From Candidatus Obscuribacteraceae bacterium (GTDB lineage: Bacteria > Cyanobacteriota > Vampirovibrionia > Obscuribacterales > Obscuribacteraceae), in NCBI GenBank assembly GCA_044226015.1, contig JBGAHS010000004.1:640001-704000 (forward strand): a stretch of 64,000 nt of DNA, in the 5' to 3' direction. The notes under the pieces are model-generated. The model made no database searches and was not told the DNA's origin. It saw only the letters and a program-made list of their open reading frames with translations. Position 1 is the stretch's first letter. Every line of letters starts with the position of its first letter. Made by a program: the position numbers and the translations under genes. Shown one piece after another: positions 9,323 to 19,127 of the stretch.

Positions 9323-10861
9323 TCAGTTTTTGATTTCTTCTGCGGGCTCTTCTAATTGTTTGAAGACAGGTCCAAGATTGCGCACGGATTGACCCGCTGG
9401 CACACAAATTCCGTAACTATCTTGTTTCACGGTCATAGATTCGATGCTTCCGTCATAGCCTAGCTGCTCCCATATGTCATTTGAGAGTTTTGGAGTAATT
9501 GGGGAAAGCAGTATCGCGGCACGTTTCAGCATGCACATGACTGTTGCAAGAACAGCCCCACCTTTATCTTTTTCACCAGCCTTAAAGGATTCCCACGGCT
9601 TGCAATCAGTAATGTATTTGTTTGCTTCGTTTACGATTCCTTCGAATAGAACTTTAATTGCTTTGGCAAATTCAAGATCATTCATGTATTCATGATATTT
9701 CTCGCTACATGCTTCTACCTTTGCCACTATTTCCTTATCGACCGGTAAATCAGGCACTTTCCCTTCAAAGTTTTTGACCAGCAAAGTTATAACGCGATTC
9801 AATAGATTGCCCAGCCCCTTAGCCAAATGGCTGTTAACGTGAGAAATCATATCAGTGCGAGAGAAGTCACCGTCCTGATCAAAGGTGTTTGCTTCGAACA
9901 AGAAATAGCGGATAGCATCTGCACCATAGGTATCAGTTAAATATACGGGATCAAGGACATTGCCCAGGCTCTTGCTCATCTTTTGACCTTCAACCGTAAT
10001 GAACCCGTGTCCAAAAACGAGTGTTGGTAATTCAACATCTATAGATAACAGCATCGCGGGCCAGTAAATCGCATGGAATTTGGTAATGTCTTTTCCAAGT
10101 AGGTGTAAATCAGCCGGCCACCACTTTTTCCAAGCTGTTTCATCAGTATTGAAACCTGCTCCTGTTATGTAGTTTGTCAGAGCATCGATCCACACGTAGA
10201 TTACTTGTTCTGACTCATCTGGTACTGGAATTCCCCAGCTAAGCGAACCGCGTGATCGCGTGCAGCTGAAGTCTCCAAGCTCTGGGTCGTCCAGCTGGTT
10301 CAAAACCTCCTGTCTGCGTCCATCCGGTTTCACATGACCACTTTTGAGCCATTCGCGCACAGCATCTTTGTACTTCGTCAGCCGGAAAAAGTAATTTTCC
10401 TCTGCCACCTCTTTTGGTGCTCGCAAATGATTCGGACATTTTCCGTCAGTGAGATCACGCTCTCTAACAAAGTCTTCGCAACCTTCGCAATAGAGTCCTG
10501 TGTAGCTACCTTTGTAAACATCGCCTTTGGCTTTCATGCGGCGAAAAACTTCTTGAACTACTTCTTTATGTCTGTCCTGTGTTGTGCGAATGAAAAAATC
10601 GTTTGATATAAGTAATCTCTTCCAGGCGTCTTCGAATTTTCCAGCAATCTCATCGACGAATTCCTGCGGCGACTTTCCTGCTGCGGCAGCTGCCTTTTCA
10701 ACTTTTATGCCGTGCTCGTCCGTCCCGGTCAGGAAAAATACATCATCGCCAAGCAGACGATGATATCGAGCGACTATATCGGCAGCAATTTTCTCGTAAG
10801 CATGCCCGATGTGAGGTGCGGCGTTAGCGTAGTCAATAGCAGTTGTTACGTAGTACTTCAT
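9323..10861 (-). CDS. metG: Methionine--tRNA ligase (short form, no C-terminal tRNA-binding domain)
   Basis: YYVTTAIDYAN, PHIGH, LTGTDEHG, Zn knuckle CEGCE...CPNH, YVWIDAL, KMSKS. Confidence 0.97.
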   Translation of the reverse strand: MKYYVTTAIDYANAAPHIGHAYEKIAADIVARYHRLLGDDVFFLTGTDEHGIKVEKAAAAAGKSPQEFVDEIAGKFEDAWKRLLISNDFFIRTTQDRHKEVVQEVFRRMKAKGDVYKGSYTGLYCEGCEDFVRERDLTDGKCPNHLRAPKEVAEENYFFRLTKYKDAVREWLKSGHVKPDGRRQEVLNQLDDPELGDFSCTRSRGSLSWGIPVPDESEQVIYVWIDALTNYITGAGFNTDETAWKKWWPADLHLLGKDITKFHAIYWPAMLLSIDVELPTLVFGHGFITVEGQKMSKSLGNVLDPVYLTDTYGADAIRYFLFEANTFDQDGDFSRTDMISHVNSHLAKGLGNLLNRVITLLVKNFEGKVPDLPVDKEIVAKVEACSEKYHEYMNDLEFAKAIKVLFEGIVNEANKYITDCKPWESFKAGEKDKGGAVLATVMCMLKRAAILLSPITPKLSNDIWEQLGYDGSIESMTVKQDSYGICVPAGQSVRNLGPVFKQLEEPAEEIKN

Positions 10862-10999
10862 GAAGCATCCTTGCCAGGTGGAAAAACTCAGGCGACAGCA
10901 AAAATTTTACCCTGTTATTAGTGAGAATCCTGGCTTTTATACGGTATTTCAGTAGATAATAGTTCTTTGTAAATCTTTTCTTGCTGCGAGGGCGAATTC

Positions 11000-12286
11000 A
11001 TGGGCGCTGAAGGGGCTTCTCCTGATTGTTTGGATGATACTACTGAAGATTTACCTCTTAAGAACCGAACCATAATTCTTGGGGTGTCAGGAGGTATAGC
11101 TGCTTACAAGGCTTGTGACATTGCTTCAAAGCTGAGGAAGGCTGGCGCGGACGTTCATGCTGTGATGACACCAAATGCCACAGAGTTCGTGACGCCACTT
11201 TCCTTACAGACCATGACCCGAAATGATGTCCATGTAGAACAGTATTCCGAAAAGCAATGGAAACCAGAACATATAAAACTGGCTCAGAAGGCTGATCTAA
11301 TATTGATAGCTCCGGCCACCGCAAATACGATCGCGAAACTGGCTACAGGAATTTGCGATGAATTGCTCACGACAATGGTTCTGGCGAGTCAGAGTCAGGT
11401 TCTCTTGGCTCCTTCAATGAATCCAGTAATGCTTGATCACCCGGCTACTCAGTACAATCTCGGCATACTCCAGCATAGGTTCCGCTACGAGGTCATTCCG
11501 CCAGATGTCGGTGAACTGGCTTGTGGTGATTGGGGACCTGGTAAGATGGCTCCGGCTGAGGATATTGTTGCCATCGTCATTGCGAAGCTGCAATCTCGAT
11601 CAACACTTGCAGGCAAGCACCTACTTGTCACCGCCGGTGGCACCAGAGAACCTATCGATCCGGTTCGATTCATTGGTAATCGCTCGTCCGGAAAAATGGG
11701 TATCGCAGTGGCGGATGCCGCTTATGCTCGTGGCGCTGAGGTTACGCTCGTTTCCACTGTTGCCGTTGAGCGCAATTATCCAGTCGTAGTAGTGGAAACC
11801 GCTCAGGAAATGCAAGATGCAGTGGAAGCTGAATTCGATACGGCGCACGGTCTCGTGATGACAGCAGCTGTAGCAGATTACCGTCCCATCGTCGTTTCGC
11901 CACACAAAATCAAGAAGACTGAATCAGATGATCTTGTATTAGAGCTCACGAAGAATCCTGATATTCTTGATTTACTTGGACGTGTCAAAAGAAAAGATCA
12001 GGTGATTTGTGGCTTTGCGGCTGAGTCTGAAGGGCTTCTCAACAATGCGCAGCAGAAGCTTAAGCGAAAACATCTGGATATCATCGTTGGTAATGACATA
12101 ACGGTTCCTGATATAGGATTCGGTAGTGATTACAATGCGGTGGTCATACTTACAGCAGAGGGGCAGCGCGAAAACCTTCCCCGTATGCCAAAAAGAGCCA
12201 TTGCTGATCATCTGTTAGATATGGTTGCGCAGCGTTTGGAATCAGTTGACCTTCAGAAGAAGGCGACGGTTGGCAAAAGCAAGTAG
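11000..12286 (+). CDS. coaBC: Bifunctional phosphopantothenoylcysteine decarboxylase / phosphopantothenate--cysteine ligase
   Basis: GVSGGIAAYKA, IAPATANTIAK, APSMN, LACGDWG.GKM, VTAGGTREPIDPVRFIGNRSSGKMG, GFAAE. Confidence 0.96.
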   Translation: MGAEGASPDCLDDTTEDLPLKNRTIILGVSGGIAAYKACDIASKLRKAGADVHAVMTPNATEFVTPLSLQTMTRNDVHVEQYSEKQWKPEHIKLAQKADLILIAPATANTIAKLATGICDELLTTMVLASQSQVLLAPSMNPVMLDHPATQYNLGILQHRFRYEVIPPDVGELACGDWGPGKMAPAEDIVAIVIAKLQSRSTLAGKHLLVTAGGTREPIDPVRFIGNRSSGKMGIAVADAAYARGAEVTLVSTVAVERNYPVVVVETAQEMQDAVEAEFDTAHGLVMTAAVADYRPIVVSPHKIKKTESDDLVLELTKNPDILDLLGRVKRKDQVICGFAAESEGLLNNAQQKLKRKHLDIIVGNDITVPDIGFGSDYNAVVILTAEGQRENLPRMPKRAIADHLLDMVAQRLESVDLQKKATVGKSK

Positions 12287-12432
12287 GGAATCTTAGGCAA
12301 AATAATAAGTCGTGTGACCGCACAAATAGTGCTAAGTGGCGCGTGATCGAGGTGATGCTGAATCACTATCGGGTATGCTTTGTGTGTCGCAATGCAGATT
12401 CCTTGGTGGGCTAAATGATGCCTGTTGGGTAT

Positions 12433-12542
12433 GTGATGCGGAGTCTGCCTCTGATGGTGATGCGGAGTCTGGCTGGTGATGCGGAGTCTGACTGGTGATG
12501 CGGAGTCTGACTGGTGATGCGGCGCGTACCTGCTGGTGATGC
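12433..12542. repeat. About 5 copies of a 19-bp unit GGTGATGCGGAGTCTGACT
   Basis: GTGATGCGGAGTCTG at 12433, 12457, 12476 and 12495, plus degenerate copies, downstream of coaBC. Confidence 0.85.
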
Positions 12543-12920
12543 AACATTTACTCACTGCCGCATAGGCAGAACCTGGCGCCTGGCATCAACAGAAAGACCG
12601 ACTTTTGTGCAGAATACATACCCTGGAACGAGATTTGCGGCTAAAGTAGAATCACTGATTGTGGGCTGACCGTGATGGTAAATCCTGCAAATCGAATGAG
12701 CTTGCCGACTCAAAATTGCAAACCTATTTTCGTCAAAGTACTGAGGTTTGGAAACGCAAATTATTAGGTCAAATTTACTGTCAGGTGTGCTTCTGGGAAC
12801 AGCCGAATCCGCCTGTGTTTGCGCAAAAAGGACGTTTCTAGTCGATTGGTGCTATACTCCAACTGGAGCATATTTCCGTGAGTTTCATGGACATTCTTCA
12901 GGCGTTGCAAGGAGACCACA

Positions 12921-13280
12921 ATGAGCAAATACTACGACGATGATTCCGATTCTGGACTCGGACTTGGCGCGTGGCTGGTCGGACTCTTACTCGGTGCAGC
13001 TGGCGGGGTGACACTCGGACTTTTGACAGCACCGAAATCAGGCAGAGAACTACGGGGCGAATTGAAGGAAGGCGCAAGATCGCTTCCCGAAAGAGCCAGT
13101 GAATTGATGGATGATACTCTTGACCTCTACGCGTCAGGCGTCAACTATGCGCAGCTGGCGGTTGAAGAGCAAACAATGCGGGTTAAGCGTGCAGTCCAAG
13201 CAGGAAAACTTGCTGCTGCCAAAAAGAGAGAAGAACTCGATTACAGCAGTTCTTCAGTTCTTCCGTTCCAGCACAACTGA
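12921..13280 (+). CDS. YtxH-like membrane-anchored protein
   Basis: GLLLGAAGGVTLGLLTAPKSGRELR signature; GGAG RBS upstream. Confidence 0.85.
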   Translation: MSKYYDDDSDSGLGLGAWLVGLLLGAAGGVTLGLLTAPKSGRELRGELKEGARSLPERASELMDDTLDLYASGVNYAQLAVEEQTMRVKRAVQAGKLAAAKKREELDYSSSSVLPFQHN

Positions 13281-13289
13281 GGACTACTG

Positions 13290-13709
13290 GTGGATTTAGT
13301 CACTGTTGTTAACGTAGCGGTGGTGGTAGCACTTCTGTTTCTTGCTGTGTCGCTTACGTTGTTGGTCACGGCCGTCATGCCCTTGCTCCGGCAGGGACAG
13401 GCGACACTAGCCTCTTTCAATAGACTTTCTGACACCTTAGATAAGGAAGTGACCCCAACATTAGAAGAATTGCGCAGTGTTATGTCGGGTGTAAACCAAA
13501 TTAAAGCGTTAACCGCACAAAGAGTGCATGATGTGGGAACGAAAGCAGAAGAGCTAACCGGTAACGTAAACACTATGGTTGGCTCAGCAAAGAAGGAAAC
13601 GAGCGTCGCTGGTGCAGGCTTGCTGGCGGGCATAAAAGCATATTTCTTTGAACACGATAAGAACAAGTCTGGGGAATCCAAAACAATACAGCTGAATGAA
13701 AAGAGGTAA
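13290..13709 (+). CDS. DUF948/YtxG-like membrane protein
   Basis: N-terminal TM helix followed by an amphipathic coiled coil; lies between two YtxH-like genes. Confidence 0.7.
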   Translation: MDLVTVVNVAVVVALLFLAVSLTLLVTAVMPLLRQGQATLASFNRLSDTLDKEVTPTLEELRSVMSGVNQIKALTAQRVHDVGTKAEELTGNVNTMVGSAKKETSVAGAGLLAGIKAYFFEHDKNKSGESKTIQLNEKR

Positions 13710-13717
13710 GCAGAAAA

Positions 13718-14065
13718 ATGGCTAACTCAAGTACCAGATTCCTTGAAGGATTGCTGCTCGGCGGCGCTCTAGGGTTTATCGGCGGAATTTTATTTGCGCC
13801 CAAGTCTGGCAAAGAACTGCGAAAGGATCTCGCCGATGGATCAGACGAACTGTACCGGCAAGCAAGCACTTCGGTGTCTGATTTCAAGGATCGCAGTCAA
13901 CAAGCTGTGCAAGATTTTCAGACCCGCAGTGACGCTGTTTTGAAGCAAGCCACTCAACAACTTCAGGAAACAAGAGATCAGCTGACTCAGAAAGTTCAAG
14001 AATTGAGCAAGCAGGGTGGCGCTAAAGTTACTGTGCAAGAACCTGAGTCTGCTCAGCACATGTAA
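13718..14065 (+). CDS. YtxH-like membrane-anchored protein
   Basis: FLEGLLLGGALGFIGGILFAPKSGKELRKDL signature. Confidence 0.88.
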   Translation: MANSSTRFLEGLLLGGALGFIGGILFAPKSGKELRKDLADGSDELYRQASTSVSDFKDRSQQAVQDFQTRSDAVLKQATQQLQETRDQLTQKVQELSKQGGAKVTVQEPESAQHM

Positions 14066-14125
14066 ACCCATGTGAATGAGAAAGTGTCTCATCTCTTGTA
14101 AACTTCTGGTTCTCGGAAAGTAAAA

Positions 14126-14848
14126 ATGCGGTTAAATCAGGCTATCGCGCTGACCGGATTCTGTTCAAGGCGAAAGGCTGATGAGTTAATTGCTGACGGT
14201 CGCGTTCGTGTCAACGGCAGAATTTGCACAGAATTCGGGTGTCAGGTGGATACTGAAAGCGACGAGTTACACGTTGATAACAAACGACTATCTTTTCCAA
14301 AAAAGCTCATCTATGTCGCTCTAAACAAGCCTCCGGGCGTGGTTACCACTATGTCAGATGAGTCCGGTCGTGAAACGGTAATGGACCTCTTGCCAGAGAA
14401 ATTGCGTACTTTGCGACCGGTTGGGCGACTAGACATGTATTCGGAAGGGTTGCTGCTTCTGACTAATGATGGCGATTTAACTCAAAGGTTGACGCATCCA
14501 TCAATGCATTTGCCTAAAAAATATGAAATTCGCGTTAGGAATATGTTGCTAGATAAGGATCTTCAGCGAATGGCAGAAGGAGTAATGCTCGAAGACGGCC
14601 CCACATTACCTGCAAAAGTTAAGCTACTAATGCGAAGTGATACATATAGTGAGTTTGAGATATCTATTTCAGAGGGGCGAAATCGCCAGTTGAGGCGCAT
14701 GTGTTCTCTACTTGGATATGCAGTTGTTCGCTTGCGTAGACTGGGTATAGGTAGGTTACAATTGGGTCTGTTACCCTCAGGCTCATGGCGATATTTGACC
14801 GATGATGAAGTCAGGCTACTTTTCCCAAAACAAAAACGAACGGACTGA
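14126..14848 (+). CDS. rluB: rRNA pseudouridine synthase, RsuA/RluB family
   Basis: S4 domain (MRLNQAIA...SRRKADELI), LNKPPG, PVGRLD catalytic Asp, EGRNRQLRRM. Confidence 0.88.
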   Translation: MRLNQAIALTGFCSRRKADELIADGRVRVNGRICTEFGCQVDTESDELHVDNKRLSFPKKLIYVALNKPPGVVTTMSDESGRETVMDLLPEKLRTLRPVGRLDMYSEGLLLLTNDGDLTQRLTHPSMHLPKKYEIRVRNMLLDKDLQRMAEGVMLEDGPTLPAKVKLLMRSDTYSEFEISISEGRNRQLRRMCSLLGYAVVRLRRLGIGRLQLGLLPSGSWRYLTDDEVRLLFPKQKRTD

Positions 14849-14855
14849 CGATACG

Positions 14856-15869
14856 ATGTCGTTAGCAACAATAGGACAAAAACTTAGAGCAGCTCGAGAA
14901 GCGCAGGGATTGACCCTGGTGCAAGTCTATGAGCGCACTAAAATCCCGCTGAATCACCTGCAAGCTGTTGAGCAGGGTGACGTGGATGAGTTGCCGGAAC
15001 CAGTGTTTATTTTCGGTTTCATCAAGAGATACGCTGAGTGCATCGGGCTTGATGGACAGATTTTGGCTGACGATTACAAGCAGCACTTAGGCAGTGCATC
15101 TGGCAACGGCCGTCGCAAGAGCCATCCAGATGCAATGCCTTACTATGCAACAAGCGACTACATGGCGAAATCCAAGCCAAGAATCAGCACCCCAGTCTGG
15201 AAGCTTGGTTTGTTCAACGGGCTAATTATCATGGGCGTTGTGGGGACGATTACATGGTTAATCAATTCACAGCAAAGTATGGTAAATCAGGCTGACCCCA
15301 ATCTTATGAGTTTGCGGCAAGCAACCAATCGCATTACGCCTACTGCTCCACCGATGCCTACTCAACCTGCTCCGAACGGACAAGTTGTGGCTCCGGTACC
15401 GCAAGACACAACGCAGAGACTCACTCTTTCAGCTTCGCGCCACGTGTGGGTTGAAGTAAAAAGAATCAGCAATGGTGAGAGTATTTTCACCGGATATCTT
15501 GAGCAAGGCGACCGTCGCGATTTTGAAGATCCGTCAGGATTGATTGTCAGAGCTGGCGATGGGGGTAGCTTGTCAGTAGAGAATCAGGGTAAAATGGAGC
15601 CCTTCGGTTTGAACGGTAAGGTTGTTGAACGAAAATTCGTTTCTGCAATCGCTGCCGCTCCAGCTGCTTCAACGGGAGCCGGGACTACCACTGGTATGTC
15701 AGCCACGGGCACTGGTTCTGTCGTGAGAGCAGCCGCGCCGGTGGTCCGCCGCCCGCGTCGTGTAGTAACCGAAGCACCTCGTCCGCGCGTTGTTGAAAGC
15801 AGGCGTTATGACAGCGGTCCTCGGGAAGTTCCGAGCCGATATTCAGAAGGACGACTCGATTCAGACTAG
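14856..15869 (+). CDS. rodZ: RodZ-like protein (XRE HTH, TM helix, DUF4115-like domain)
   Basis: IGQKLRAAREAQGLTL...LPEPVFIFGFIKRYAECIGLD; one TM helix; VWVEV...RAGDGGSL; lies upstream of rimO. Confidence 0.8.
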   Translation: MSLATIGQKLRAAREAQGLTLVQVYERTKIPLNHLQAVEQGDVDELPEPVFIFGFIKRYAECIGLDGQILADDYKQHLGSASGNGRRKSHPDAMPYYATSDYMAKSKPRISTPVWKLGLFNGLIIMGVVGTITWLINSQQSMVNQADPNLMSLRQATNRITPTAPPMPTQPAPNGQVVAPVPQDTTQRLTLSASRHVWVEVKRISNGESIFTGYLEQGDRRDFEDPSGLIVRAGDGGSLSVENQGKMEPFGLNGKVVERKFVSAIAAAPAASTGAGTTTGMSATGTGSVVRAAAPVVRRPRRVVTEAPRPRVVESRRYDSGPREVPSRYSEGRLDSD

Positions 15870-15913
15870 TTCAAGCTAAAGGCTTGAGCGCACAAGCCGG
15901 AGGCACGATCATT

Positions 15914-17305
15914 ATGTTGAAGAACCCCAAATTCGGGGTGGTATCGCTCGGTTGCCCTAAAAACCAGACCGACACCGAAGTTATGCTTGGACTACTGAAG
16001 GAAGCTGGCTTCGATCTCACCTTTGACAATGATGAAGCTGATATTTGCCTGATCAACACTTGTTCCTTCATTGAGGATGCCAGGCGCGAGTCGGTGCGCA
16101 ACATTGTCGATTTAGCAACAGATGGAAAGCAACTGATTATTGCAGGTTGCCTTGCGCAGCATTTCAAGGACGAGTTATTGAATGAGCTGCCTGAAGCAAG
16201 AGCTGTCGTAGGAACCGGTGACATACACAAAATCGTTGATGTTGCTAAAGCGATAGTGGAAGACTCAAGCTTGCGCATTGTTCAAATTTCAGCAACACCC
16301 AATGACCACGTGGACACGGTGATGCCTCGCATCTCCACAACTGTAGGCGCTTCTTCTTATCTCAAGATTGCAGAAGGCTGTGATCATTCCTGCACGTTCT
16401 GCATTATTCCAATGTTGCGAGGAAAGTTCAGATCTCGTTCAATTGACTCGCTAGTGCAAGAGGCAAAAATTCTTGTTGCTGCAGGAACCCGAGAAATTAT
16501 TTTGGTGAGCCAGGATTCCAGTTATTACGGCTTGGATACGTTAGGAAGAATGGCTCTTCCCGAGCTTCTCGAGGCTTTGCATGAAATTGAAGGATTGGAG
16601 TGGATTCGAATCATGTACTTCTATCCAACAGAAACAAATAGAAAATTACTTGAGACTATGGCTCGTCTTCCGAAAGTAGTGAAGTACGTCGACATTCCTT
16701 TGCAGCATAGTCACCCAGATGTGCTGAGAGCCATGGCTAGACCTTTGAACCCCGAGAAATGTGTAGAACTTATTCGGGAAGTGCTTCCTGAGGCAGCTAT
16801 TCGCTCAACCTTTATTGTGGGCTTCCCAGGTGAAACTGAGGAACAATTCGAACATCTACATAACTTCATTCAAACTCATCAGTTTGATCGGCTTGGTGTC
16901 TTTGCCTACTCGCGCCAAACTGAAGTACCTAGTGGAAATATGGAAAATCAGATTCCGCAGAAAGTGAAGAAAACTCGCCGCAACAAGATAATGGAAACGC
17001 AGCATAAGATCTCCACTGAGCGAAACGCTCGCTTGCTTGGAAAAGAAATCGATGTTTTGTTGGAAGGATACGATGAGGTCAAACAAGTCTATTTTGGTCG
17101 TAGCCAATGGGATGCTCCGCAAATAGACAACACTGTTTACGTTGATGCGAATAACTTAGACCACAATTCTCTCGGAGATATAGTTAGAGTAAAGGTTACG
17201 AAAACTAAGCCTTATGATCTTTTTGGCGAGGCTGTTATGGATGAATGCGAATCTGACATCTGCAGTTCTGTTTCCGTTTCCAGTCTCACAGAGGTAAAGG
17301 TTTAG
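15914..17305 (+). CDS. rimO: Ribosomal protein S12 methylthiotransferase
   Basis: SLGCPKN, INTCSFI, YLKIAEGCDHSCTFCIIP radical-SAM motif, C-terminal TRAM region; GGAGG RBS before ATG 15914. Confidence 0.95.
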   Translation: MLKNPKFGVVSLGCPKNQTDTEVMLGLLKEAGFDLTFDNDEADICLINTCSFIEDARRESVRNIVDLATDGKQLIIAGCLAQHFKDELLNELPEARAVVGTGDIHKIVDVAKAIVEDSSLRIVQISATPNDHVDTVMPRISTTVGASSYLKIAEGCDHSCTFCIIPMLRGKFRSRSIDSLVQEAKILVAAGTREIILVSQDSSYYGLDTLGRMALPELLEALHEIEGLEWIRIMYFYPTETNRKLLETMARLPKVVKYVDIPLQHSHPDVLRAMARPLNPEKCVELIREVLPEAAIRSTFIVGFPGETEEQFEHLHNFIQTHQFDRLGVFAYSRQTEVPSGNMENQIPQKVKKTRRNKIMETQHKISTERNARLLGKEIDVLLEGYDEVKQVYFGRSQWDAPQIDNTVYVDANNLDHNSLGDIVRVKVTKTKPYDLFGEAVMDECESDICSSVSVSSLTEVKV

Positions 17306-17423
17306 GTGAAGCAAGCCTCGTTGAATACTCAAAGTACATAGTGCTTTCGCGCTATAGTGAGGAAGTTCCTTTGGTGCTGAGAACTCAAGTGGTGTCAAAT
17401 GCGCCACCACTCTGCCTAAATTT

Positions 17424-17473
17424 ACTCAAGCGGTACCGGTTGGGCCATAATGCTAAATCGGTAACGCTTGAGT
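17424..17473. repeat. Inverted pair of CGGTACCG-family half elements forming a hairpin
   Basis: ACTCAAGCGGTACCGGTT ... AATCGGTAACGCTTGAGT; the arms match at 16/18 positions. Confidence 0.8.
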
Positions 17474-17506
17474 TTTGCTTTTGAGCTAGTCGATGTAACA
17501 GAAATA

Positions 17507-17556
17507 GCACGAGTTTGAGTGCACGTTTCAATGGAAACGTGCACTCAAACTCGTGC
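17507..17556. repeat. Perfect 23-bp inverted repeat with 4-nt loop
   Basis: GCACGAGTTTGAGTGCACGTTTC-AATG-GAAACGTGCACTCAAACTCGTGC. Confidence 0.95.
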
Positions 17557-17698
17557 CTTGGTTATACAAAGTCCGATTTCTAATTGAAAATGGCTTTGTA
17601 CCATCATTTTGCAATTAATTCCGACGCCAGATTCATGCTCAAAATCTGGTTATGGTCTCAGCAATTGGGGAAATAGCAATTGGCGTAAAGAGCGACAT

Positions 17699-18847
17699 TT
17701 AACTAGCTAATGGTACGCGCACGTGCAGAGGCGTAACGTATGCAAGTAGGTCTTGCCTTGTCACAGGTTCAACATCTATAAAGTGAAAGATTAGTTCGTT
17801 TTCTTTCCATACTTTCTTTTGCAGGCGGCACCAATAGAGTGCAAGGTAGAGTTGAAGATACTTCCGACTCACTCGATGTCGCACTGTTTTGGAGCTATTG
17901 ATGAATTGTCGTACAGACTGCTGCTGCTCCTCAGGCATTTCCTGTGAAGGCTTTGCATTTTGTTTTACCATTTTGAAAAGTTGTCCAGGTAATAATTTTA
18001 TGAGTCCTTTTAGTTCCAGCATTGAAAGCAATGAAAATAGTTCACCAATATCCAGCCCAGTTCCCTCTGCGATATCATCCACACTAATGAGCTCAGCAGT
18101 CATCATTACTTTGAGAACAGACCTTTCTTGAGCGGTTAGACCGATTAGTTGATTAATGGCATCCAAAAAATTCTCATCTTCTGACGCTTTTGACTGAGTA
18201 GATTCCTTGCTTGTGGCATCGCAATTCTGCTGCTCAGAATCTCGATTATCCGAATCTTGCTTTTCAGAATCTTGCTTTTCAGAATCTTGCTTTTCTGAAT
18301 CTTGCTTTGAGTCAGTTGAGTCGGGATTCTTCTTTTGATTCTGAACGTTTTCTTGCTGCTCCAAGATGTATTGCTCTTTCTTTGGATGCTCGTTTGCGGG
18401 TGTTTCTAGACTACGTCTTCCAAATATTTCTAGGAACTCTGAAGATGGTACAAGAGGTAAGTCCTCCAGTTTGCTTAATGAGAGATACGCTATCGTCTTT
18501 GAAACAAGTTGTGCAGTGCTAAGGGCAACGCCAATCAATTTTGCAAACTCGCTATCCGAGAATTCCACACCTAAATTTGTGAACCACAGTCCAGCAAACC
18601 AGGCTCGGATTCTTTTCTTTCTAAAAAAGATAGTGCCATTGAAAATTCGATTTTCCTTGCCACAGTTTGCGCATATTTTTACTCTGAATGCCTTTGATTC
18701 AATGTTGTCTTTGCTGCCGCAGTGATTACACGGCATCCCTTCGGACCACTTATGGTCTAGCACGAAGAGTGCGCATGTTTCGTCATCTGGAAAAAGCTCT
18801 TCGAAGTGTGGATATAGGCGTGCGAATTCGCTAGGTTCCTTGCTCAT
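17699..18847 (-). CDS. IS1595-transposase-derived protein: Zn-ribbon/HTH, DprA-like winged helix and IS1595 C-terminal helix; no recognisable DDE core
   Basis: FPDDETC...W..G..CNHCG...CANCG...GTIF...W (IS1595 Zn ribbon); SVDDIAEGTGLDIGELFSLLSMLELKGLIKLLPGQ (DprA winged-helix-like); HRVSRKYLQLYLALYWCR (IS1595 C-terminus). GAGGTGG RBS before ATG 18847. Confidence 0.75.
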   Translation of the reverse strand: MSKEPSEFARLYPHFEELFPDDETCALFVLDHKWSEGMPCNHCGSKDNIESKAFRVKICANCGKENRIFNGTIFFRKKRIRAWFAGLWFTNLGVEFSDSEFAKLIGVALSTAQLVSKTIAYLSLSKLEDLPLVPSSEFLEIFGRRSLETPANEHPKKEQYILEQQENVQNQKKNPDSTDSKQDSEKQDSEKQDSEKQDSDNRDSEQQNCDATSKESTQSKASEDENFLDAINQLIGLTAQERSVLKVMMTAELISVDDIAEGTGLDIGELFSLLSMLELKGLIKLLPGQLFKMVKQNAKPSQEMPEEQQQSVRQFINSSKTVRHRVSRKYLQLYLALYWCRLQKKVWKENELIFHFIDVEPVTRQDLLAYVTPLHVRVPLAS

Positions 18848-19127
18848 GGAAACCACCTCAAAGTGATAGTGCTTACAAATCTAATAACGTAATTTGTACT
18901 CAAAAAGTTCAAAATTGATCGAAAAAAGTTTTTGGTGTTTTTCTTACAGCACTTGGTTCTGAATAATTATGTGATTGAAATGTTGGAAAAACTCTTTCGA
19001 TGAAGGAAAAATATTTGTACTTTTGTTCGATCCCGAGCAGGTCATTTAGCGATTGGTACTTAAAGGTTTTTCTGACCAGAGTTTTAGGGAATAATTGAAT
19101 CATTGCAGAGTTAACATTGTGTGAAAA

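Noticed and set aside
12545..12920. Possible ncRNA or riboswitch upstream of the YtxH genes
   Set aside because: No recognisable conserved motif or convincing stem pattern by eye; an Rfam/Infernal search is needed.
17699..18856. Active IS1595 insertion sequence
   Set aside because: No DDE motif, terminal inverted repeats or target-site duplication were recognisable; reported as a derived CDS instead.
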